From IMG/VR virus record IMGVR_UViG_3300037225_000856, positions 1 through 64,000 of that record: a stretch of 64,000 nt of DNA. One strand, given 5' to 3'. Within the stretch, counting starts at the first letter, position 1. Each line of letters begins with the position of its first letter. Shown here piece after piece: positions 1 through 9,981 of this stretch. Made by a program: the position numbers and the translations under genes. The stretch is from a virus. The notes under the pieces are model-generated. The model searched no databases. It was not told the origin of the DNA and was given only the letters and a program-made list of their open reading frames with translations.

Positions 1-1
1 T

Positions 2-1357
2 AATCTTAATACAATTATTGATGATTTATATACAAAATATACTTATGAAATTTACGATGGATTACCTTCATCAGATATTACAAGTTGGGGGTTAAATATT
101 GATAGTTATTTTAAAACAGGTATAACAAAATCTGCAATTGTTAATGGAAACCAAACATATACTTTAACGCCAACATCAATTTCTCAATATACAGCAACAG
201 GACTCACTGATCAAGAGGGACAAAATGTATTAAATAATGCACTTTTTAATATTTTTAATGATGAAAATAATAGAATAGTTTATAGTGTTTATATTCATGG
301 TGCTGCATCAAAATTATATTTATCTGCTGGTGGGACTCAATATAATGAGGCATTAGGTGAAAGAAGAGCACAAGCAGCACAGGCTTTAGTAAGAGCAAAA
401 TTGGTTGCAATGTTTGGACAATCCATTGGTGATAATATTGAAGTTACTTGGGATACTGTGCTTGGTGAAAGCGTTGGTGATGTTCAGGCAAGCGATAGTA
501 CTGCTACAAAAGCAGCTATTCCATATAAAGAAACTAAACAAGCGAGATATGCAGAAATTGATATTCATAAGAATGGTAGAACGTTACCACCAGTAAAGGC
601 AGATTTAAGTCCAACAGACACAACCAATATTGCAAAATTACAATCACAAATTGAAGCTACCAAGACTCAGATCAGACAAATAAAAACCAGCTTATCTTGT
701 GTATTAAATGAGAGAGGAACGACTACTGCAAACGGTACTACTGATACAGGAATTCTTCATGGTTTTGATTCAATTAGTGGTAATTATTATTATCCCGTAT
801 TTCATAGCCAAACACCTGAAGATATGCATAAAAGGTTAACATTTTTACACCAATGTCAAAGACAAGGTGCTTCAAAAAGATGGAATAGTCCTGACCCCAC
901 AAATGCTACAGGAGGTGGTAGTTTAACAGCAAGAAATTCAGTGTTTGGTCGTCAGCCAATATGTATTCTTAGAGTAGGTGACTTTTTCTACACAAAGGTT
1001 ATAATTGAAAACTATACAGTTGACTATTCTGATACTACTTGGGATATGAACCCAGAAGGTTTTGGCATGCAACCAATGTTAGCAAAAGTTACATTACAAT
1101 TGAAGTTAATTGGTGGTCAGTCATTGAAAGGTCCTATCGATGCTTTGCAGAATGCAGTTACTTTCAATTATTATGCAAACTCTTCATTTACAAATGCTGG
1201 TATGTATAAGTTGCCTTCAAGTGAGGCTGATAAACAAGAGTCATTTATTAAACAAATATTGACTGCTGAACAACAAACATTAGGTAGAAGTTATGATGAT
1301 TATACAGTAAAACTGATAACTAATACTGTAATACAAAATCTTTTAATAGGAAGATAA
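2..1357 (+). CDS. 5'-truncated virion/baseplate protein with an OmpA-like peptidoglycan-binding motif and a C-terminal tail-tube/baseplate-hub-like domain
   Basis: The frame of ORF 401..1357 is open back to position 2. Upstream translation gives IHGAAS...YNEALGERRAQAA (OmpA C-terminal YNxxLxxxRA motif). The C-terminal PICILRVGDFFYTKVIIENYTVDY...PMLAKVTLQLKLIGG resembles tube-like baseplate proteins. Confidence 0.6.
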   Translation, partial: NLNTIIDDLYTKYTYEIYDGLPSSDITSWGLNIDSYFKTGITKSAIVNGNQTYTLTPTSISQYTATGLTDQEGQNVLNNALFNIFNDENNRIVYSVYIHGAASKLYLSAGGTQYNEALGERRAQAAQALVRAKLVAMFGQSIGDNIEVTWDTVLGESVGDVQASDSTATKAAIPYKETKQARYAEIDIHKNGRTLPPVKADLSPTDTTNIAKLQSQIEATKTQIRQIKTSLSCVLNERGTTTANGTTDTGILHGFDSISGNYYYPVFHSQTPEDMHKRLTFLHQCQRQGASKRWNSPDPTNATGGGSLTARNSVFGRQPICILRVGDFFYTKVIIENYTVDYSDTTWDMNPEGFGMQPMLAKVTLQLKLIGGQSLKGPIDALQNAVTFNYYANSSFTNAGMYKLPSSEADKQESFIKQILTAEQQTLGRSYDDYTVKLITNTVIQNLLIGR

Positions 1358-1400
1358 ATTTAAAAATTTTTAATTATGTTTATAAATTTAAAAATTAAAG

Positions 1401-1408
1401 TATTTATA
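1401..1408 (+). promoter_or_regulatory. Putative phage late promoter TATTTATA
   Basis: Intergenic GTATTTATA. The TATTTAT core recurs at 25101, 30284, 31901, 41300, 41560, 46902, 47990, 48090, 48114, 49151, 49171, 59451, 59967 and 62222. Confidence 0.55.
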
Positions 1409-1411
1409 AAA

Positions 1412-1575
1412 GACCCATATTAATAATATGGCAATGAGTAAGGTTGGCTGAAAACTTAATATTAATTAAAAAGTTTGAGTCATGCTCGGATAAAAATAAA
1501 AGAAATTGGAAACGATTGGTTAAAACCAATAATATTCAATAGAGGGTTGTGATAAACCCAATAAAGATAATGCCT
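1412..1575 (+). ncRNA. Candidate structured non-coding RNA or leader
   Basis: Stacked hairpins: 1415-1431; 1435-1488 (three nested stems); 1505-1540; 1544-1559. They lie directly after the TATTTATA motif in an otherwise tightly packed genome. Confidence 0.3.
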
Positions 1576-1605
1576 TTATAAAATAAAATATTATTATATA
1601 CCATT

Positions 1606-1920
1606 ATGCCAAATATAGATTATGACAGATATGCAATATTAAGAAATGGTGATGGCACTGTTGATGCGATGCCATATGTTAATTTACCTGTAAATCCGAG
1701 TGATAAATATGAATATTGGAATTCAGATTTTAGCAGGATGGATAAACTTAGCCAAAAATATTATGGAAATCCATTTTATGACTTCTTTATAATGTATGCT
1801 AATGGTCAGTTTGTGAGCGAGTTTGACATACCAGACGGCACACTTTTACGCATACCCTTCCCTTTAACTAAGGTCAAAGGAGACTATGAAGCAATATTAA
1901 CCGCATTTAAAACGCAATAA
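1606..1920 (+). CDS. LysM-like baseplate wedge protein (T4 gp53-like)
   Basis: RMDKLSQKYYGNP...IMYAN...DIPDGTLLRIP pattern, directly after the tube-like gene. Confidence 0.7.
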   Translation: MPNIDYDRYAILRNGDGTVDAMPYVNLPVNPSDKYEYWNSDFSRMDKLSQKYYGNPFYDFFIMYANGQFVSEFDIPDGTLLRIPFPLTKVKGDYEAILTAFKTQ

Positions 1921-1923
1921 TAC

Positions 1924-1954
1924 TTGACAATCTAAATTAAAATGACTATGTTTG
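1924..1954 (+). promoter_or_regulatory. Bacteroidota-type host promoter for the glycan locus
   Basis: TTGACA at 1924 and TAtgTTTG (-7 consensus TAnnTTTG) at 1947-1954. The same arrangement occurs at 62861/62883. Confidence 0.65.
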
Positions 1955-1974
1955 CAGTTGCTAAAATTGTAAAC

Positions 1975-2667
1975 ATGAAAAATAATATTATTGTGGTCTT
2001 TTCTTCACACTTAGGCGATGAAATTAATAATAAATTTATAGAGCATATTGATAACACAATTGGAGTTAAACATACAACGATATGTTATACTAATTATAAT
2101 CAGTTCAGTCTTACTGAATTATACAATAAAGCAATTAAAGAACATAACAGTCCTGATGCAATCTTTGTATTTTGCCACCCGGATATTTTTATTAAAACCC
2201 GCACATGGGGTAGGTTATTATTAAGTAAATTTAATGCACTCTCATATTCCATAATTGGCGTTGCTGGTTCAAAAATTCTAACAGATAATGCAATTTGGTG
2301 GACTAATCGGGCAGCCATGACAGGAATAGTTGAACATACCGATAGTATTAGTACATGGGTGAGTGAATATTCTCATGAGCGTAAAGGTCAGGTTACACCA
2401 GTAGTTTTGGTTGATGGAGTATTTATGGCAGTCGATTGCAATAACATTGAACATCAATTTGATGAAGAGTTTAAAGGCTTCCATTTTTATGATTTATCGC
2501 TATCAATTCCGAATTTTATTGCGGGATGCAATATTGGCGTAACGACTGATATAAGGATAATTCATCAATCAATTGGCATGACAAATGAGCAATGGGAAGC
2601 AAGTAGACAGCAATTTGTAAATAAATATAAAAACGAACTACCAATAGATTTGGATAATTATAAGTAA
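1975..2667 (+). CDS. GT-A fold glycosyltransferase-like protein (StrF-like)
   Basis: SLTELYNKAI...FVFCHPDI...IIGVAG...VDGVFMA...FDEEFKGFHFYDLSLS. The start is placed at ATG 1975, downstream of the promoter. Confidence 0.75.
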   Translation: MKNNIIVVFSSHLGDEINNKFIEHIDNTIGVKHTTICYTNYNQFSLTELYNKAIKEHNSPDAIFVFCHPDIFIKTRTWGRLLLSKFNALSYSIIGVAGSKILTDNAIWWTNRAAMTGIVEHTDSISTWVSEYSHERKGQVTPVVLVDGVFMAVDCNNIEHQFDEEFKGFHFYDLSLSIPNFIAGCNIGVTTDIRIIHQSIGMTNEQWEASRQQFVNKYKNELPIDLDNYK

Positions 2668-2678
2668 ATATATTAATC

Positions 2679-3308
2679 ATGTCAATAAAAGTAGATAAAG
2701 TTGATGAAGGTTTACCCATAAGCGTAATAGTACCAACAATGTTAAAACGTAAAGCATTTTTGGAAGCACACGTATTACCAATGATTGAAAATAACGAACC
2801 AATAGAAATTATTAAGGTCATGAATGAAGGGTCAGCACCGCATCAGCGTAATATAGGTGCAGAGAAAGCTACACAGAAGTATCTTATGTTTTGGGATGAT
2901 GATTGCGTTATGCCACAAGGTTTTCTTAAAATGCTTCTTACTACCCTTGAAAACAGTAATGCTGATTATGCCTACACAGGCTATTATGGCATAGCAATGA
3001 ATCCTAATGTTGAACCTAATTATAATTTTGTTATAGAAAGTCAGATTTTTAATGCAAGCGTGCTTAGACAATATAATTATATTAGTACAATGGCATTAAT
3101 TAAAAAAATAGCTTTTATTGGTTTTGATGAAACATTAAAGAGATTTCAGGATTGGTCAATGTGGTTAAGTATGTTAGAGCAGGGCAAAACTGGTATTTTT
3201 GTACCCAATATAAAATTTCTGGCATTTTTTAATGATGATGGACAAACATCAAAAAATAATTCACAAGTAGACGCATATAATATTATTAGAATAAAACATA
3301 ATTTATAA
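2679..3308 (+). CDS. Family 2 glycosyltransferase
   Basis: ISVIVPT, RNIG, FWDDD, FDETLKRFQDW motifs. Confidence 0.85.
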   Translation: MSIKVDKVDEGLPISVIVPTMLKRKAFLEAHVLPMIENNEPIEIIKVMNEGSAPHQRNIGAEKATQKYLMFWDDDCVMPQGFLKMLLTTLENSNADYAYTGYYGIAMNPNVEPNYNFVIESQIFNASVLRQYNYISTMALIKKIAFIGFDETLKRFQDWSMWLSMLEQGKTGIFVPNIKFLAFFNDDGQTSKNNSQVDAYNIIRIKHNL

Positions 3309-3311
3309 TAT

Positions 3312-4220
3312 ATGAACATTTCTGTTAGAAAAATATGGAATGAAGACGAAACTAATTTTTTATTAGCAAATTATTCTAATGAAGGATTAAAATTTTGTTT
3401 TAAAAAATTAAATATATCAAAATATGTTATTTTTAGAAAAGCAAAATCATTAGGTCTTAAAGTTTCTGAGCAAAAATTACGAGAATTACAATCTAAGTCA
3501 CAACAAGAAAATAATTTTAAAAAATATTCTCCAGAAGAATATATAAATCCAAGAACTCCAGAAACTGCATATTTTTTAGGTTATTTTTGGGCAGATGGCA
3601 ACATAATAAAAAGAAATACACATAAATCATCAATATCTTTAGTTGAAAAAGATGCTGAGTATTTATTTAATAATATTGTAAAAAAAATAAATGGTAATGT
3701 TTGGACAATAAGTAACTCAATTCCTGTTTATTCCATTGATAAATTTGGTAATAAAAAGCAAGTTAGAAATCAAAAACTGATTAAATCATATTCGATTGAG
3801 TTATTTAATTTTTTTAAAATTATGAATTACGATATTAAATCGAAAACTAATTTCAATAAAATATTTAATATTATTCCGCAGCATTTAAAGTCATTATTTA
3901 TTTTGGGTTTGTTTGATGGTGATGGCTGTATAAATACAACCTATAAAACATATAAAAACATTAGCGGAAGAGTAGAATTTAGTTCAACATATAATTATGA
4001 TTGGTCAACATTTGCAAATTATTTAAGTGAAAATAAAATAGAATATATAATAAAAAATAGAGTAAATAAAAATGGAAAATGCTCATTATTTAGAATTAAT
4101 AAACAAACATCAATTATAAATTTATATGAATTGATTTATAAAAATAGTGAGATTGGATTACTACGTAAAAGAGAGAAATTTAAAAAATATTATAATTATT
4201 TAATAAATAAAGGCATATGA
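3312..4220 (+). mobile_element. Free-standing double-motif LAGLIDADG homing endonuclease
   Basis: AYFLGYFWADG and FILGLFDGDG motifs, N-terminal HTH-like segment, C-terminal LxRKxxKF. Confidence 0.85.
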
Positions 4221-4936
4221 GAGTGAACTTTTTAATGAGGTGTTTTAACCGTCTGGAATACAGCGTTTTAACATTAAGAGAAATAGATCGTTTAGCAGGT
4301 TACGATAATTACAAAGTAATAATGATTGACCAAGCAAGTACCGATGGTACAAGAGAATGGCTAAAATCTTTGGTGAAAGAAGGATATTATAAAATAAAAC
4401 CTATTTATTCTAATGAAAATCTTGGTGATTTTGGTGGTACAAAACTTGGTTATGATAATCTTGATGAAGATTGTGAGTACGTAATTCAGCAAGACAATGA
4501 TGCTGTTCCGATTACTCCTCATTTTTTGGCTAACATGGTTAAAATCATGGATGCATTCCCAAAAATCGGTCAATTAATGCTTAAAAGAAATGGTGTTACT
4601 AATGTATTACAAATATCAAATAAAATTGATTATGAAGGTATTATATTTGGAGATTCACAAATTGTGACATGCGTTAATATGCAGAGAAGAAAAGTTGTTG
4701 AAGAAATTAATTCATGGATTGTTGATGAAACACAATTTTGGGATTTTAATTTAAATGCCGAAATGCGTAAGCGTGGTTATGAATTGAAAAAAATTGAAAA
4801 CATTAGAGTTGTACATATTGACATGTTTCCAGAATTAGGATTAATGTTACAATCTAAAAAATATCCTTTATATTTTAAAAATCGTCCAAATGGTAGTGGT
4901 AAAATAAATTTTAATACTGTTAATTATAATGCATAA
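4217..4936 (+). CDS. Family 2 glycosyltransferase
   Basis: FNRLEY, IDQASTDGT, QQDND motifs. Confidence 0.85.
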   Translation: MRVNFLMRCFNRLEYSVLTLREIDRLAGYDNYKVIMIDQASTDGTREWLKSLVKEGYYKIKPIYSNENLGDFGGTKLGYDNLDEDCEYVIQQDNDAVPITPHFLANMVKIMDAFPKIGQLMLKRNGVTNVLQISNKIDYEGIIFGDSQIVTCVNMQRRKVVEEINSWIVDETQFWDFNLNAEMRKRGYELKKIENIRVVHIDMFPELGLMLQSKKYPLYFKNRPNGSGKINFNTVNYNA

Positions 4937-5671
4937 ATGATAAGCGTAATTTTAAATGTGTATAAGAGACCACATACTCTTGAAAGACAAATTGAAGCAA
5001 TAAAAAATCAATCAGTTACAGTGAAAGCTGAAAACATTCATGTTTGGTATAATAGGAGTGATGTAGCACAACATTTTCCACAGGATAAGACTATAAAAAC
5101 ATATGCTTGTAGCTGGAACACTAAATTTTTTGGCAGGTTTACAATATCTCTTTTAGTAAGAACGCCATATGCTGCAATCTTTGACGATGATACAATACCA
5201 AAAAAAGATTGGTTTAAGAATTGTTTGGAAACAATTGAAAAACCAGAAACAAATGGAATTCTTGGTGGTACTGGTGTTATTTTATTAGAAAAAAAATACG
5301 TTCCACAAATTAATTTTGGATGGAGTAGTAAACATGTGAATACCACAGAAAGAGTTGACTTGGTTGGTCATGCTTGGTTTTTTAGACAAGAATGGGCAAA
5401 ATATCTGTGGTATGAAAAACCATTTGACTGGAATAATGGTGAGGATATTATGTTTTCATATCTGGCTCAAAAATATGGTGGTATAAATACATTTGTTCCA
5501 CCGCATCCTGAAGATAATAAAGATTTGTGGAGTTCTGATTTTAATCTTGGAAGAGAAATTGGTGGTGATGAAAATGCGTCATTTAGATTAGGAAATCATT
5601 ATGTTGAAAGGGATAGAATTTGTGAATATTGTATAAATAATGGTTGGAAAACAGTTAATAGTATTATATAA
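4937..5671 (+). CDS. GT-A glycosyltransferase
   Basis: ISVILNVYKR, IFDDD, GEDI motifs. Confidence 0.8.
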   Translation: MISVILNVYKRPHTLERQIEAIKNQSVTVKAENIHVWYNRSDVAQHFPQDKTIKTYACSWNTKFFGRFTISLLVRTPYAAIFDDDTIPKKDWFKNCLETIEKPETNGILGGTGVILLEKKYVPQINFGWSSKHVNTTERVDLVGHAWFFRQEWAKYLWYEKPFDWNNGEDIMFSYLAQKYGGINTFVPPHPEDNKDLWSSDFNLGREIGGDENASFRLGNHYVERDRICEYCINNGWKTVNSII

Positions 5672-5672
5672 A

Positions 5673-6401
5673 ATGAAAGACTTTAAACAAGACTTTGCAA
5701 AATTTGCAAAAATGGTGAAAGAACATCAGTCGTTTGCAATTTCAAGAAATAATGACGGTGAAATGATTATTTTATTTAACGAATTTATTGATATTCGAAA
5801 TAAATGTAATGGAGAATTCATTTATAATCCCCAGCAGGTAGAACATAGATTTTTTAGAGAAAAACTACTGGAATCTGCACAATATAAAGCTGATAATTAC
5901 TATGTCGGCATTGCTTGTAGATGTTGTGTGGGTAATGAAAAGCACGAAAAATTAAAAGCATTAACTGGTCAAGATGAAGAACATCTTACATGGGGAAATA
6001 TATTTGTTAATTCAAATTATCCGCTTTATATTGAGAAAATATTACCAGAATATAGTAATTACAAAATGATTATGGTAGTAAATAATAAAGCAATTTTGGA
6101 TTATTTACCTTTTGCTAATAAGATTGTAAAGACATTTCGTGTCGGTACAAATGCTTGGATGTCCAATTATGATTTAGTGGATAAAATGAAAAAATATATT
6201 GAAGATAATAAAATCAAAGGACATATGTTTTTGTTTTGTGCAGGACCGTTTTCAAACATTTTGATTCATGAGTGTTTTAAATCTTCACTAAACAATACTT
6301 ATTTGGACACAGGTTCTACGCTTGACAGTAGAATGGGTCTTGGAACAACCAGAGGTTATCTACAAGGCGCAAATACATTAAGACAAACTTGTATTTGGTA
6401 A
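5673..6401 (+). CDS. GT-D-fold-like glycosyltransferase
   Basis: FAISRNNDGE (RxxDGE), FLFCAGP, LDTGSTLD (DxG) motifs. Confidence 0.6.
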   Translation: MKDFKQDFAKFAKMVKEHQSFAISRNNDGEMIILFNEFIDIRNKCNGEFIYNPQQVEHRFFREKLLESAQYKADNYYVGIACRCCVGNEKHEKLKALTGQDEEHLTWGNIFVNSNYPLYIEKILPEYSNYKMIMVVNNKAILDYLPFANKIVKTFRVGTNAWMSNYDLVDKMKKYIEDNKIKGHMFLFCAGPFSNILIHECFKSSLNNTYLDTGSTLDSRMGLGTTRGYLQGANTLRQTCIW

Positions 6402-6402
6402 T

Positions 6403-7104
6403 ATGATCAATCAAATAGTATATACAAATTCGAACTGCTCAGATTTATGGGAAATGTTTATTAAACAAAATGAGAAGCATTGTAAAATGCCTTTGTATTT
6501 TATTTCAGACAAACTTCCAGAGAATTATCATAATAATTTTTTGAAGTATACTAATGATGAGCCATACTATAAGGTTTGGGTAGAAGCAGCACAGATGTTT
6601 GGTAAGGATTTTTTTATTTATTTACAGGAAGATTTTGTATTATATGCAGATGTTAATCAAAATAAAATCGATGAATATGTTGAATTCTTGAAGAATAATT
6701 CTAAATATTCATTTGTAAGATTATTAAAGTCTGGAAATCTTAATAATAAAAAAATTTCTTCAACGTTATATGAAATTGAAAGTACAAATCCGAACATTTT
6801 TTCAATGCAAGCAACTATCTGGAGAACTTCAGATAATATATTATTAATGAACACTGTAAAAAGTAAAGGATGGCTGGAAACTGATGGTGATTATCGTAAT
6901 AGAATGATTGGACTTAATATGAAGGGTGCTTATCATTATGATGATGAAAACAAACGTGGTAGTGCTCATTATGATAGTAATGTATATCCATATATTGCAA
7001 CAGCAATTGGTGGTGGTAAATGGAATATGAGAGAATATGGCATACAATTAAATAAATTGTTTGCTGAATATAAGATAGATGTTAATAAAAGAGGAAAATT
7101 ATGA
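6403..7104 (+). CDS. Putative glycosyltransferase-like protein
   Basis: DLW, YLQEDF, SMQATIW, GKW motifs typical of uncharacterised polysaccharide-locus proteins; glycan-locus context. Confidence 0.5.
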   Translation: MINQIVYTNSNCSDLWEMFIKQNEKHCKMPLYFISDKLPENYHNNFLKYTNDEPYYKVWVEAAQMFGKDFFIYLQEDFVLYADVNQNKIDEYVEFLKNNSKYSFVRLLKSGNLNNKKISSTLYEIESTNPNIFSMQATIWRTSDNILLMNTVKSKGWLETDGDYRNRMIGLNMKGAYHYDDENKRGSAHYDSNVYPYIATAIGGGKWNMREYGIQLNKLFAEYKIDVNKRGKL

Positions 7105-7718
7105 TATTAAATTTAAACGAATTACATAGAAAATATAATATGAAAATTCATGGTGTTATTCATATTGGTGCACATTTTGGAGAAGAGCAAAATATATATA
7201 AGTTATTAAATATTAATAAAATATCGTATTTTGAACCAGTTGGTAAAACATTTAAAAAATTAAAAGAAAGGGTTGGTAATAATGCTAATTTATTTAATTA
7301 TGCTTTAGGTAATGAAAATAAAGAAATTGAAATGTATGTTGAAGAAGCAGACGCATATGGGTGTTCATCTTTATTAAAACCAAGCGATAATTATAAAAAT
7401 GTAAAATTTAATTATGGTGAAATTGTTCAAATGAAACGTCTTGACGATATTGAATTTGATTTTAACGATTATAATTTCATGAATATTGATGTTCAAGGAT
7501 ATGAATTAGAGGTGTTAAAAGGTTCTGTTAAAACATTGGAACACATGGATTATATTATGAGTGAAATTAATAGAAACATTCCTGAGAAACCATTAGAATA
7601 TATAAATTGTGTTGAAATTAATAAATTAGTTGAATTTTTATCATCGTTGGGGTTTCAATTAGTTGAACAAAATTGGGCTGGTATATCTTGGGGTGATGGA
7701 TTTTTTATTAGAAAATAA
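7101..7718 (+). CDS. FkbM family methyltransferase
   Basis: IHIGAHFGEE, FEP, NIDVQGYELEVLKG, WGD motifs. Confidence 0.9.
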   Translation: MILNLNELHRKYNMKIHGVIHIGAHFGEEQNIYKLLNINKISYFEPVGKTFKKLKERVGNNANLFNYALGNENKEIEMYVEEADAYGCSSLLKPSDNYKNVKFNYGEIVQMKRLDDIEFDFNDYNFMNIDVQGYELEVLKGSVKTLEHMDYIMSEINRNIPEKPLEYINCVEINKLVEFLSSLGFQLVEQNWAGISWGDGFFIRK

Positions 7719-7719
7719 A

Positions 7720-8424
7720 ATGATAGTAGGAAATGGAATGATAGCATCTGAATTTAATTTACATAGTGAAGATTATGTGGATTATCTTATATTTGCATCT
7801 GGCGTTTCAAATTCAAAAGAAATTAACAAAAATGAGTTTGATCGTGAAAAAAAAATAATATTAGAAATAATTAATAAATATAAAAGATTAAAACTAATTT
7901 ATTTTAGTAGTATATTAGTTGAAATTTCAAAAAATAAATATTACACTGCAAAATTAGAAATTGAAGAATTAATAAAAACTTACGCAGCTAACTATATTAT
8001 TTTTAGACTTCCACAAATAATTGGTAACCGTGGTAATTCAAACAATTTAGTAAATTTTTTAAAACATTCTATAAATAATGATTTGGAAATTATTGTGTAT
8101 AATGATGTTGAAAGAGCATTGATAGATATTGAAGACTTAGTAATGGTTGTCAATTATTGTAAAAATAAAATTAATCATGAAATATTAAACTTTTCTGGTA
8201 TTGAAAAATTAAATGTAATTATATTATGTAACTTAATTGGTAATATTTTAAATAAAAAACCAATTTTAAAAATTACAAACGATGTCGAAAATAATAATTG
8301 GAACACTAAAAACAGTGACATTGTAAATGAAGCAATTGTTAAAATTAACAATGTGGAATATACAAATAGAGTGTTGAGAAAATATATTAAAAATGAAAGT
8401 AATAACATTAAGTTTTGCATATGA
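7720..8424 (+). CDS. Short NAD-dependent epimerase/dehydratase-like protein
   Basis: IVGNGMIA, FASGVSNS, YFSS, YxxxK, FRLPQIIG motifs. Confidence 0.75.
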   Translation: MIVGNGMIASEFNLHSEDYVDYLIFASGVSNSKEINKNEFDREKKIILEIINKYKRLKLIYFSSILVEISKNKYYTAKLEIEELIKTYAANYIIFRLPQIIGNRGNSNNLVNFLKHSINNDLEIIVYNDVERALIDIEDLVMVVNYCKNKINHEILNFSGIEKLNVIILCNLIGNILNKKPILKITNDVENNNWNTKNSDIVNEAIVKINNVEYTNRVLRKYIKNESNNIKFCI

Positions 8425-9160
8425 TATGATTAAATTGTTTGAAATTGGAAGATTTTGGGCAAAAGATATATATGTTAACAAAGAATTTATTTCTGAATAT
8501 TCGGCAGCATCATATGCGACATTTATTGATAAAAATCCAAGTTTAATGCTTCATTTATATACTGATGATGTTGAGTTGATGAAAGAAAAAATATCAAAAT
8601 ACAATATAAACACAAATAATATTATTTATTATGACTATAGTGAAGAATTAAACAAATATGCTGGCAATTTAAAATATAGTTTTGACATTTTACACAATTT
8701 TATTCTTTTTGCGAGAAGCAAAACTGAATACACAATTAAAATTGATTGTGATTTAACTTTTTTCAATGCAATTCCAACAATGAATAATGACAGTAAAGAT
8801 GTTTTGGTTTGGAAATATGAAAGAAAATTAATGCAGGGAAATCCTAAAATGGGTGAAATTATGTCATCGATCAATACAGTGGGTAATATTGATTATCCCA
8901 TATATAATGTTGGTCTTTTGGGAATGCCACTAATGTTTCAAGTAAATGATTTAGACCAAGTTTATCATAAAATGGCTGCTGTTGATATTATTGATGTTTC
9001 TGATTTAAAGGTACATTCGTGGCATTGTGCAGAACAAACAGCAAAAAATTGGATATTTTATAAATATAAATATAATGTAATTCAAACATATAATATTGTT
9101 AACCACCATTTTTCAGAGAAAAAACAATGTATATTTGACGCTAAATATTTACTAAAATGA
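8393..9160 (+). CDS. Hypothetical GT-A-like protein
   Basis: LYTDD, KIDCD (DxD), YNVG, EQ motifs; context. Confidence 0.5.
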   Translation: MKVITLSFAYDMIKLFEIGRFWAKDIYVNKEFISEYSAASYATFIDKNPSLMLHLYTDDVELMKEKISKYNINTNNIIYYDYSEELNKYAGNLKYSFDILHNFILFARSKTEYTIKIDCDLTFFNAIPTMNNDSKDVLVWKYERKLMQGNPKMGEIMSSINTVGNIDYPIYNVGLLGMPLMFQVNDLDQVYHKMAAVDIIDVSDLKVHSWHCAEQTAKNWIFYKYKYNVIQTYNIVNHHFSEKKQCIFDAKYLLK

Positions 9161-9981
9161 TAAGTTTTATAACTACAGGCAGAGATGATGATTATGGCGG
9201 TGGCGGTAATTTTTTAGATAGATTATACATATCACTGTCAAAAAATATTGAAATATTAGAACGATTTAATGTTGAGTATGAATATTTGGTTGTTGAATGG
9301 AGTCCAATAAAAAATTATCTAATTAATAATGAAAAATTTCGACAATTATTTTTAAATAAAAATTTAATTGATGTTGTTGTTAAATCAAATGTTGCAGTAA
9401 GTGAAAATCTTAATTCAAATAAATTTTTTGAATATTTTGCAAAAAATGTTGGTGTCAGAATAAGTAAATATGAGGTATTAATATTACTTAATTCAGATAT
9501 TATCATACCACCAGAAACAATGAGAGAAATAATTAATTTATTTCATGAGAAACATGATGAGAAGCATTTTTATAGATTAATAAATAGAGTTCAAATAGAT
9601 ATTAATTTAAATATATTAAAAAGGGAATGTATTCATTATCCGAATAATCCAGATGCTATTATTTGCGGTTATTGCTCTGGTGATATTTTAATTATAAATA
9701 AAAATTTTTTTATTGAATCTGGTGATGGGTATGATGAAACAAATATGGGACATCGGGTTACTTCACAAACTGGTATGGATGGTGAAATTCTTTGGAATTT
9801 ACATCATAAAGGAATTACATTAATGTTTCTACAAGCAGATTATTGGCATATTAATCATAGTAAAATTGGTGTTCATACCGATGGTATTTATAATACAAAC
9901 GGATATGTGAATAAACCAAATTGGGGATTTATTAATTATCCTAAAAATATAATATCGAAAAAATTAATAGAAATTGGTTAA
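9157..9981 (+). CDS. GT-A-like glycosyltransferase
   Basis: GRDDDYGG, VVEW, KNVGVR, NSDII, GYDE, HINH motifs. Confidence 0.65.
   Translation: MISFITTGRDDDYGGGGNFLDRLYISLSKNIEILERFNVEYEYLVVEWSPIKNYLINNEKFRQLFLNKNLIDVVVKSNVAVSENLNSNKFFEYFAKNVGVRISKYEVLILLNSDIIIPPETMREIINLFHEKHDEKHFYRLINRVQIDINLNILKRECIHYPNNPDAIICGYCSGDILIINKNFFIESGDGYDETNMGHRVTSQTGMDGEILWNLHHKGITLMFLQADYWHINHSKIGVHTDGIYNTNGYVNKPNWGFINYPKNIISKKLIEIG

Noticed and set aside
1449-1512. Hammerhead ribozyme in the intergenic structure
   Set aside because: CTGAAAA does not match the CUGAnGA core, and the stems do not form the required three-way junction.
1942-1974. ORF-track start at 1942
   Set aside because: It overlaps the TAnnTTTG promoter element; ATG 1975 is more plausible.
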